Of a stretch of 64,000 nucleotides of DNA, positions 1 through 11,006 are shown piece by piece. Numbering within the stretch: position 1 is the first letter of the stretch; the number at the start of each line of letters is the position of its first letter. Position numbers and translations under genes: made by a program. Source of the stretch: Auanema rhodensis (Eukaryota > Animalia > Nematoda); the NCBI GenBank assembly GCA_964057225.1, contig OZ059898.1:12834001-12898000 (forward strand), written 5' to 3'. A model generated the notes under the pieces. The model had not been told where the DNA came from. It saw only the letters and a program-made list of their open reading frames with translations, and made no database searches.

Positions 1-405
1 TTACATTCCAAAACTTTTTTTCTTAGCTCCTCACTGTGAAATTGGCGTTTTATTCCACTTAGCTTTTACTATTTTTACCCACGCCAAGTGAATTACACTC
101 ATAATTATGGTTACATTTCTGTAATAATTCCAAAATTGACTTTGTACTCATTTTTTTTGATTGTTTCTTCTTTGCTTCATAATTTCCTAGTCTGATAAAA
201 TTATTTTATCCAAATATTTCAGCTACGCTTCCATAGGCATAACATATTCAATTTATGACCATTTTTGCTTTCCGTGGTATAATATTCATCAACCAAAATT
301 TTCCCCTGTTTAGCTATTTTATTATTCATCAAAATCGGTTTTTATTACCTCTGAAAAGTTGCTCCACTATTTTTTATTTAATCTTTTTTTCTGTTTAAGT
401 TACAC

Positions 406-3400
406 ATGGCTCATGAACGACGGCGGAAAATCGTCAGTTCTGACTCTGAAGATGAATTTTACAACAACAAATATAAAAATCCTCGGTATTCCAAAGGTGT
501 TGTTTCTTCTAATTATTAATTTTTCAGATATAATTCTCCCAGAGCTTTAATGTCTTCTAGAAAAAGGAATGCGGAATCTCGAGATGAACGTGCCAAGCGG
601 CGAAATTTGTATCGTGAAGAACGAGAGAAGTATTCTGGGTTTCAATTCTTAAATTTACTTATGATTCATGTTTTAGAGAAAGAGAGAGGGATTACTCTCG
701 TGGTAGTAGGCGACGGAAAGACAAAGATCGACAGAGTAAAGATAGGACACATAGCTCTAAGAAATCAACAGTAACACATAAAAAGGATGTAAAACGAAAA
801 GCGTGGAGCACCGAAATGGTAAGTCAATTTGTTTTAAACCGTAGAGAAACTGGGAGATAATACGTGAGCCTATCCCTGGCACAGCTCATTTGCTCGAGAA
901 GAAGGAGAAGAAGCAGCAGCAGAGTTGTAAAGTGAAGCTCCTTCCTGCCGGCGGTGGGCGGATGGGATGCGCGCCTGTCTTCCCGCGGGCGACTATAGCC
1001 TCTTTGCGAAGTGCTGCTCTGGACTGATTTCAGTTATTCAGTATTCTTTCTCCATCGGCTTATCACTACCCAACGGTGGTTGGACCACCACACATTCCGC
1101 AGCTTCTCCCTATACAGACGCCTGCTGACCTGTCTAGGTCTCCTGACGGTAGAAGCGGGTTATTCGAATCACCGTACTCTCCGATTTCATCGGAAGCTTC
1201 TACAAGACATAACTCTGTATTTTTGTCACCGACACCTGTACGTCGACGCTATATATCACACCGTCTACCCCAACGGGGAGTTCTGGAGAGTGGACCTCAG
1301 AAGCAAAACGCAGCATTCGTGAGTAACGGTTCAACAGCGATGCTTCGCAAGGTCGATGGATCGCCCTTAGCACTGCGAAGGATGCCCCTAGTTGTGATTC
1401 CTCGTAAAAGGAAGTACAAAAACTTTGTTAGCCGAAGACGAAACAATCAGATGCTTGCGAGTCTTCGTAAATGCTCTTCAGATCCTAATGTGTACAGGAG
1501 TTACAATAGCTGGAAGAACCTATCGCAGCCGTTCAACTCTACCCAAGATTCACAACCTAATCAGAAGACAACTTCAACCAGATCTGATGTCTCCCAAGTT
1601 CCATTGGAAGTCGCCTCCACTGCTGTTCCAGCTGCTACCGCCGCTGTTACTGGCCCGGGGCCCTCGAGCGGACAACCGAAATCTAGCGTTACAAAGCAGA
1701 TCTCAGGTAAACTAACCGAGCTCAAGAAAAGTGAGGCAGTCCGGGCTTCTCTGAAAATTCCTATTAAAGCTGCTCAAGCTCGTTCTCCTGGTGGTGATTC
1801 TTCAATCTCAACAACTTCTGAAAATACTACTTCTCTACCTACTAGTAATCGAACTAATAGTACTAAAATTACTGCTACTCAATCATCTCCTGTTACTAAA
1901 CCACCGTCTCCCATGACTAGAACTCCCTCTGTCGATACTTCTTCTAATAAATTTGCACCTAAACCTCCTTTATCTAAACAATATTCTCTGCAAAAACCTT
2001 GTGGAATTACTAGTGTTCCTGATTCGAAAACTCCTATTCAAACCAAATCTACTGCTCCATCGCCTTCTACTCCCGCTGGAACCGCTATTAATACGCCATT
2101 GGAATCACCCAAGCCATCGTCCGTTCTTAAAACACCGGAATCTGTTCGTCGAATCGATGGCATTGAGCTTATACCACGAGCTGATCCGTCTGTTACACCC
2201 TCTGCCCCTAAAGCCTTACGCAAGGCCTATGGCTCGAAGAGTGGTACTACTATTTGCGCTGTAGGTTCTCCATTGGCATCGACGTCAAACGATGGTCCGC
2301 CACCGCCTCATCCTCCATCTTCTGGAGAAGATCAACGTTTAATTGAGAAGAAGTTAGGCTTACGGAAAAAAAAGAATGAGCTGGGAAAAGAAGGATTTTC
2401 TGGTAGTGGATTACCTCCCGTTTCGAAGTCTGGTGTTGACCTGGTGGAAAAAACAGATCAAGCTGCGGAAAGGAAGGCTAAGAAAACAGTTAACGCCGTA
2501 ACTGCAGCGTTTACAGGAGCTTCAGAAAATGCTCCTGAGAAAAAAGAAAAAGTCAAAGAGCAACCAACTTCTAAACCACCAAATCCCGCAAACCCCTTAG
2601 CTAATAATCTTTTGGCCCAGTTACAGCTACCAGCTTCACTAACAGCAAAAGTGGATAAAATTATTGCTTCGGGAGATAAATCTAGACGATCTAAAGTTGT
2701 TCCACAGGTAATATACTCAATAGTTAAGATACTGAAGCTATTATATAAAAACTGATTATATTTCTTTTCTATTTACTTGTATACAACTTTATATATTTCA
2801 GGTTGAAAAAGCAAGACGTGAGCCTTCAAGACAGCCGAGTGTATCAAAACCTCCAATTGAAGATGACAAAGACGGTCATTTAATCTATCATAAAGGCGAT
2901 GTGCTTTTAAACAGATGTGAGTGTCAAAGTTTCGTCTTGTTTCAATCGATCTGCATAATGCTTTTCCATTGTCCTCAGCCATCATCAGCTGGTGTTTTTT
3001 CGATTAGTGTAAACCGAAAAGATATTTCACTTTGAGGAGGTGGATATGCATGATGAAATAAATTCACATGATCATTACAAAGTACCATATTTCAGTTATC
3101 ATAGCTTCAACTCTTGGAGAAGGAACTTTTGGAAAAGTTGTTCGTGTCATAGACAAAGAAAATGCGAGTTGAAACTTTAGAATTTGAATCTCATTACGGT
3201 ATTTTCAGGGTGAAAAAGAATTAGCTTTAAAAATTATTAAAAATGTAAACAAGTATCGCGATGCTGCCCGGCTTGAAGTCAAAGTTCTTAATAAGCTTAA
3301 GGAAAAAGATCAATCCGGAAAATAGTAAGTTGCTTTTTTCTTGATTTTCTGTCAAAAGACGAAGATTTTGTGTTCTCCTGTTTATTGATGAGTATATCGC

Positions 3401-4933
3401 CCAACCAGCATTTGTCGCGCTTTCGCCGGACTGCGGTCGAACAAGTGACTCTATTTTCTTGGAAACATGGCTGATCACCTCATTGTAAACATTTCGTATC
3501 GATTAACATTTCCGGTTATTTGGCATTAATAGAATTTGCAAAAAAAATCTTCAAAATCAGTTTTAGTAATAATTTCCATTCTTGGGTGTTCTATTCAAAT
3601 ATGCTCAATTCTGAATTGCTCAGAAATCCCGTTGTAATACTGAAGTGAAACTCTGTTGAGTGTCCGATACGAATATATTACAACTACATCTAGCATAAGA
3701 GAGGGAGTGAGAGAGATGTGAAGAATCTTAGTTTTTAACGGGAATTGTTTATGATAATGATTATTGAAACTTATACTCTGTTTTTCAGTGGTGTTATTCA
3801 AATGTTACAACATTTCGATTATTATGGACATATTTGCCTTTTATTCAAGCTTATGGGTCTTAGTGTTTTCGATTTTCTGGTTGGTTATCATTTAACATCA
3901 AACAAGAATAATAATTTTTTTAGAAAGAAAATGGTTATAGGCCTTATCCTTTAGACCAAACAAGGTATATAGCATATCAGTTATGCTATTCTGTTAAATT
4001 TTTACATGACAATAAGCTTACTCATACGGATCTGAAACCAGAAAATATATTATTTGTTAACAGTGACTTCAAAGTAGAAGAAGTTAAAAGAGGAAAAGTA
4101 AGTTTACTATTAAATTAGTTATCTTTATAATAATATTTTTCAGCCCTATAAAATAGTTAAAGACGCTAGAGTACAGCTAATTGATCTTGGATCAGCTACA
4201 TTCGATCATGAACATCACTCAACCATAGTTTCAACTAGACATTATCGTGCCCCAGAAGTGATATTAGGTATACTCTCCTTGTAAAATTGACATGTTTTAT
4301 GTATATACCCATTCAGAGTTGGGCTGGTCTCAACCTTGTGACGTTTGGTCTATTGGATGTATATTATATGAATTGTATCAAGGTGTAACATTATTCCAAA
4401 CACATGAAAATAGGGAACATCTAGCTATGATGGAGAGAATTTTAGGACCGATACCGTATCGGATGGCAAAAAAAACAAAGTAAGTTGTCGAAATGTCAAA
4501 TTTTGCTCATCATTATATTTTAGAACGAAATATTTTTATCATGGTAAATTGGATTGGAGTCCCTCATCTCAAGAAGGTCAATACGTTAGGGAGCATTGTA
4601 AACCTTTAAGGGTCAGTTCTTGCATAACTATACTGTTATAAACAAATTTTTTTTTCAGCGTTGCTTACAATCGAATGAACCTGAACATGTAGAATTATTT
4701 GAAATGATTGAAGCTATGCTCGAATATGAGCCCAGTTCACGTTTAACATTAGACCAAGCTTTACAACACAAATTTTTCCATAAGTTGCCAGAGCATCTTA
4801 GGTAATATTGTTTTTTTTTAATAAATTAAATTGTTATATTTACAGGGTTCATAACATTCCAAATATAGACTCCTCTCGTTTGCCAAATAATGGCACTGAC
4901 ATAGTTCCCAGTCATTTGGACTTTAAGAATTGA
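406..4933 (+). CDS. madd-3: LAMMER/CLK (DOA-like) dual-specificity kinase
   Basis: Spliced model: ATG 406 (MAHERRRK), R/S/K-rich exons 528-608 and 677-818, optional exon 1034-2707, then [39 protein letters not shown] and [11 protein letters not shown]; stop TGA 4931-4933. Confidence 0.93.
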
Positions 4934-5996
4934 ATGCAATACTCTGGATTACATAATTTTGTCACAACGATCTGGATTGTGCTGAGATATGTTTAGAATG
5001 GGTTTAATAAAATATCAATTTTGGAAAGTATTCAATTAGGAATGCGTACCCTTTTGTCCTCACATTGATACAGGTGATTTTCGATTTCTGTTGTTATTGT
5101 TTTAGTTACTGGTTCAACTACTTTGAGGCTCTGTTCCATTATATCTCTACCCTTGTAAAATCAAAAAAATGTTATTATATTTTTCGGTTATTCCTGCCAT
5201 TACTGCTCTGTATTGTAATTGTTTTTGAGGGTAAATACCTGCAGCTTTCCGGGTTTCAGCTGAGTGAATGCTTCTGATACTCAGTCGGTCGAGAGTTAGA
5301 TTACCATTTCTCCCCCTTTAGCCAATTATTTCAATAAAACTAATTATATATTATCTGCTCTTTAGTTTGCGGATGTAGACCCTTAGTAACTTAATAACTG
5401 TGTTTACTGTCACACATACGATTTTACCTTTTTCGCATTGTCTTTAATATATGTTACCAATCATAAAGATTTGTCTATTTTGTTATTTAATTATTAAAAA
5501 GTTCTATTTTGTTAGTTTAATTATTATTAAGAAAAGAAAATGAATGAACGTGAAAGAAAGAAATGATAATTAGACAAGGTATTACATTTATTTCTATTCA
5601 TATATCAAAATAGAACAGTTGTAGCTATTCTATATAATCGTTTAGTTTTTGACAATTCAATGTTAAACAGATGTTTTATATATCTCGATCAAACTTCACA
5701 CCTTACTATGCGTCATATAGCCGTATTGCAAATCATAAAAGAATTGAAAAAAGGTTAGTCGTAACGTAATGCAGACGTACTACGCACACTCTTGCTATAT
5801 GTTCCTATAGAAAGCGATGGTATTTCTTCCACTATTTATTTTTCATACTGTGGGAATTGTGTGGAATACCATACGCAAAGTGCCGCGTCGTTCGTTATTT
5901 TTGAATGAACGCTAGAATAGCCAGCAGATATAGTCTTTTGATACTCTTACATCCTTTTTCTCTCTTCTATTAAATTTTTAACCATACTTTTTGCAG

Positions 5997-7708
5997 ATGG
6001 GTTACCTAGGGCTTGTGGGCCTTTTTTCCTGTGTTGTAGTTCTTGCTTTTTCTCATACTCACACACATGATCCTCCCCATTTGAAATACTCCAAGGAAGT
6101 CAACGAGGTATACATTCAAATATAATTCATAAAATATTGGTACTTATAGGCTGCTCATGATGATCATGCTCATGGCCATGCTCACGACCACGGACATTCC
6201 CATGGTGCTGGAGGATGCCCACACGCCCATGCTCATGCTCATGCTCACAGGTATTTGACTTTTTATAATACTTTTCAATGTATGCTGTAGTCATGATGAT
6301 CATGATCACGCCCATGCTCATACTCATAGTGCCCCAAGCCACGGACATTCTCACGAAGGACATGGTCACAGGTATCCTTATCAGTTGATTGGAGAAAAAC
6401 ATTTTCTTTTTTAGTCACGGTCACTCTTCATCCAAGAGAAGCGTTCCAGAATATCAATATGAGGGGTATGAATATCTTAATCCCTTAAAGTATTTTAACA
6501 TGTATTTCCTTCAGATATCTCTCATTCATGAATGATGCTAAGACTCGTGTTTGGGTACAAGCTGTGGGAGCTACCCTTATTATCAGTGCTGCACCTTGTT
6601 TCATCCTACTCTTTATCCCTATCCAGGTAAATACAATTTTGTTTTACAATTTTGAGCTGGATTTATTTAGGGAAACACTGCTGAGTCTGGACCACTCCTT
6701 AAAGTTCTTCTTGCTTTTGGTTCCGGAGGTCTTTTGGGAGATGCTTTCCTTCATCTTATTCCTCATGCTTCACCCGCTGGTGATTCTCATGGACATTCTC
6801 ACGATGCTCATTCTCATGAAGGAGGACACGGTCATTCCCATGATAACACTGTTGGAGGCTGGGTATTAGGAGGAATCATTGCTTTCCTTTTTGTTGAAAA
6901 GATTGTCCGTATCTTGAGAGGAGGTGACGAACACGGACACAGCCATGGTCACGGACACAGCCACGCTAAAAAGGTAAAATAATTAGTGTTTCAAAACCTT
7001 AAAAAAAATACACTTTAGGCTAAGAATTCTGATGATGAATCCGATTCTGAGAAGAAGACTAAGAAAGATAAGAAAGAAACCAAAAAGGAGAAGGAAGAAG
7101 AGAAGCATACCAGCATCAAGGTCGTTCTTAGATATTTTCCCGCGTAATGATTCAAAGTTCAGGTTGCTGCTTATTTAAATCTTGTTGCTGATTTTGCTCA
7201 CAATTTCACTGATGGTTTGGCTATTGGAGCTTCTTTCCTTGCTGGATCAACCGTTGGATTCGGTAATGTTGCAATATTTACTTATTATTCTAATCATTTC
7301 CATTTTAGTTACCATGATTACTGTCTTAGTTCACGAAGTTCCCCACGAGATCGGAGATTTCGCTATTCTTATCCAATCTGGATATTCTAAGAGAAAGGCT
7401 ATGCTTGTTCAACTTGTTACTGCTCTTGGTGCTCTTTCTGGATGTGTTTTATCTTTATGGGCTGGTGATGCTGGACATTTGGCCGGTGCTGCTGCTAACA
7501 GCTGGGTACTTCCATTCACTGGTATGAATAGACGCTTTCATATATTTTTATTCATTTTCCTATTATAGCTGGAGGTTTCATCTACATTGCTACAGTTTCC
7601 GTTATTCCTGAGTTGCTCGAAAACTCATCTATGATCCAATCAATTAAAGAAATTTTCGCTCTTTTGGCTGGAATTTACATGATGTATCTTATCGCTTTGT
7701 ATGAATAA
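5997..7708 (+). CDS. SLC39A7: ZIP7/SLC39A7-type (LIV-1 subfamily) zinc transporter, zipt-7 family
   Basis: Signal peptide, His-rich tracts, [13 protein letters not shown] and [13 protein letters not shown] (HEXPHEXGD); a ttgcag acceptor abuts the ATG. Confidence 0.93.
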
Positions 7709-7975
7709 GTTTGTAGGTTTCATAAGTTATTGTTAAATGATGTCATTCTAATTCTTCATTGGTGATATGATTTCGCCTAATTATTCATACATTGATTGTT
7801 TACTGTTGCAAATAGGGTATGCATTTACTGTGAAGGGTTGGAAAGGGTTTTATATTATTAATCATTGATACTTATAAAATGAATTCGTTTATATGTTTTT
7901 TAGTTTTTCTGAGTTTTGGCTCAAATACTTTAATAGAATGTGGTCGGTTTTTACATTTTTGCTTATTTAGAAGTA

Positions 7976-9483
7976 ATGCAAAATTTTTTTGCTAAGCGGA
8001 CACCAGGTACAGGTGAAGCCGTCAAAAAACCTACGAAAGTTAATACAGATAATCGCAGACCATGGGTGGAGAAATAGTATTTCTTTAATTTGGCTGCGTT
8101 TTCAATCATTTTTCTATTATAGCCGCCCAAGTAAAGTAGATGACGTTGTTTCTCAAAATGAAGTTGTATCCGTTCTTCGTAAGGTTCTTGAAGGAGCAGA
8201 TGTATGTTATGGCTAAAATTTCCAAGAGTTGAGCTAGTTATAGTTACCGAATATCCTGTTTTATGGACCACCCGGTACTGGTAAAACATCCGCTGCACTT
8301 GCTCTCTGTCGACAAATGTTCAAAAACAGAGATACTGTTAAGGATAGGTTTGTATCAACTAGAGGAACTGAAGTTATTAAGAGTCCTTTCTTAGAGTTTT
8401 GGAAATGAATGCATCCGATGAGCGTGGTATTCAGGTTGTAAGAACTAAGGTCTGTACTAAACATTCATTAAATTTGATATAAAATCTATTGAAGATCAAG
8501 GAATTTGCTCAGAGAGCCGTGGCTCCTACTTCTCTTTCTGGACCATGTGCTTCATTAAAGGTCAGTTTATTTTTTCTGGTATATATAGTTCGTTTATTTC
8601 TTAAGATTATAATTCTGGATGAGGCTGATGCTATGACTCATGCTGCACAAGCTGCTATGAGAAGAACTATGGAAACATACAGTAAAACTACTAGGTAATT
8701 TTGAAATTAGTTTCTTTGTTGAAGTTAATTGAATGTTTCAGGTTTTTCCTTATTTGTAATTATATTTCGCGTATTATTACTCCTTTGACCTCTCGTTGCG
8801 CTAAGTTCAGATTTAAGCCGCTTCCTGTCAATGATCAGCTCACGAGGTGAAATATTTTGTTTGGTTATTACGTTTATATTTTCATTTTAGATTGAAGTTT
8901 ATTTGTGAAAATGAGAAGCTGAATATCGATGAGGATTCTCTGGTCACCCTCATCACTTTGTGTGAGGGAGATTTAAGAAAATCAGTGTCATATCTTCAAA
9001 CTCTTGCTTCATCCAATAAAAACATTGATGGCAACTTCATTCGCCAAGTGACAGGTCGCATTGATGACAGCGTGGTCTGTTTGCTTAACATCTTCATATT
9101 AAATGACAGCTAATTGACAGATTCAACAAACTATGGATACTTTGAGTTCTTTCTCATCCAACAGTGTTCATGATGTTGTTGAAGGTGTAAGAAGACAGGT
9201 AATCTTCTGTTCTTTATGATATGCTTATTTCCTTTTGTAGGGTTATTGTGGCAAGCAGTTCATACATCAACTTAGCGATTTCGTATTGAATAACGAAGTA
9301 TTGACCGATTTCCAAAAAGCTGAAATTTTCCAAAAAATGGCTGTAAGTCGTGTAATTTTGACCTATTCTTTTAACCTAACCTTTCAGGTTTGCGAACTGA
9401 GATTGTTGAATGGAGCTGAAGAATTTCTTCAACTTCTTGATCTTTTCTTCTGTATTCAGATGCAGTTTACAAATACTCGTTAG
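7976..9483 (+). CDS. rfc-4: Replication factor C subunit 4
   Basis: [18 protein letters not shown] (Walker A), [21 protein letters not shown] motif. Confidence 0.9.
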
Positions 9484-9842
9484 AATACAGCTAACACTCT
9501 TAGCTATTTAAGACAATAGTTTTACTTTACTTGTATATCAATCTCTTCGTATCATGGTCTCAGGACATAGCCACGTGTTTGCCTATAACATAACACAATC
9601 TGCCGAGTTTTAATTTTGGTCTCTGTTTCATACGATACTGTTCTCATTTCACTTTAAATTGCACTTTTTGGAAAAAAATGAAGGCCTTTCTTTTTGTTAT
9701 TTCTTCAAATGATAGGATAAAAGAAAAAAAAAACATATTAATGAGGTAGTATAATATATTTAATTAGATAAAATAATATTTGTGAAAATATAGTATCAAT
9801 GTGATACAATTTCCAACATACATCTTTGAATTATACCATGTT

Positions 9843-11006
9843 CTATATATCGCTTTTTAGTTTCTTTTCAATCTCTCGTTGCCTTTCTTCTTCTATGAGC
9901 GAATGATCATAAGGCAGAGGGCCAATATCCATTAACTTAAGTTCATGTAAGCAACAGGCGGATATTCGTCTATTACTTTGTATCCCAGGAGTAAGACCAG
10001 CTTTATCTGCAAAAAGTAAACTTATCGTGCACCGGCTTGAAGGAAACGTACTTTCGATGTCTAACGAATCACTTGATTGCTCAGATGAAGACATTTTCTT
10101 CTGCCCCATTTCAGGAGTGACCTCTGCACCTGTATAACTTTAGTTAGTGATTCAAAGTAAAAGCTTCTTTAGTGTGCAATGGCTCTACTTTTCAAATAAG
10201 ATTCATGAAAATCGGTTGTATGTGTGCAACGACTATTTTAGAATTTCATAATTTGGACGGATATCATGTGATTTCTCCTTATTCATTGAAGAAATATGTT
10301 TTGCTAAACGGTGGAAGGAGGAGGAAGTTTAATGAGTCTCGATGGAGTTCTTGAAACAGTTGACAATTGGTTTGACATTAGGACCTAAGCTGGTATCTGC
10401 CAACCTTCTTAGGGTATAGTGAATAAAGAAGAGAAATATAAAGTAGTCTGGATGTACAACTCATATTCCTAGGTTCGATCTCTGTTACTCTTTCCCTCCT
10501 CTTTTCTCTTTTAAATTGCTCCGACAATTATTCTTCCCTTAGGATTCAGTCTACTGAGGTCAGAACTTGAACCTGGCAAAGTATACTTAGTCTACATATG
10601 AAAGTATGAGAAAGACATTGAGTCATTAACTTCCGCTTATTAGATATCTATGATTACTCTTTTCTTATATTTGATTACGGTAGAAAAATGATCTCAAATT
10701 GAAATATTCTTCTTTTGATCAATAAAAACTTACGAATACTATCAGAAACATTAGGAATAGAATTACGATATCGCGCTACTACATTGCCCATTTCGGCAGA
10801 CTGTTCAGCAGAAATTTTTGATTTCCTGAATTTGCAAGTTCAATGTTGTGCAAGCATGTTGCAACAATTGTTACCTCTTGAAGTTTGCGCTCAGTTTGCT
10901 CCACAGCTTGTACACTAAGAATAAGATAGCGGGTGTAAAGAGTATTATTAAGGCCACAATTAGCCAAAGTAGCGACTCCAGTTTCGAATGACCTCGGTTT
11001 TCTAAG
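9843..11006 (-). CDS. Uncharacterised single-pass membrane protein; 5' exon(s) not resolved; two candidate last exons
   Basis: Exon from the acceptor at 11007 encodes LLWLIVALIILFTPAILFLVY followed by basic residues. The next exon ends NVSDSI|gtaagt (phase 1). Phase-compatible last exons lie at 10572-10511 and 10129-9843. Confidence 0.6.
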
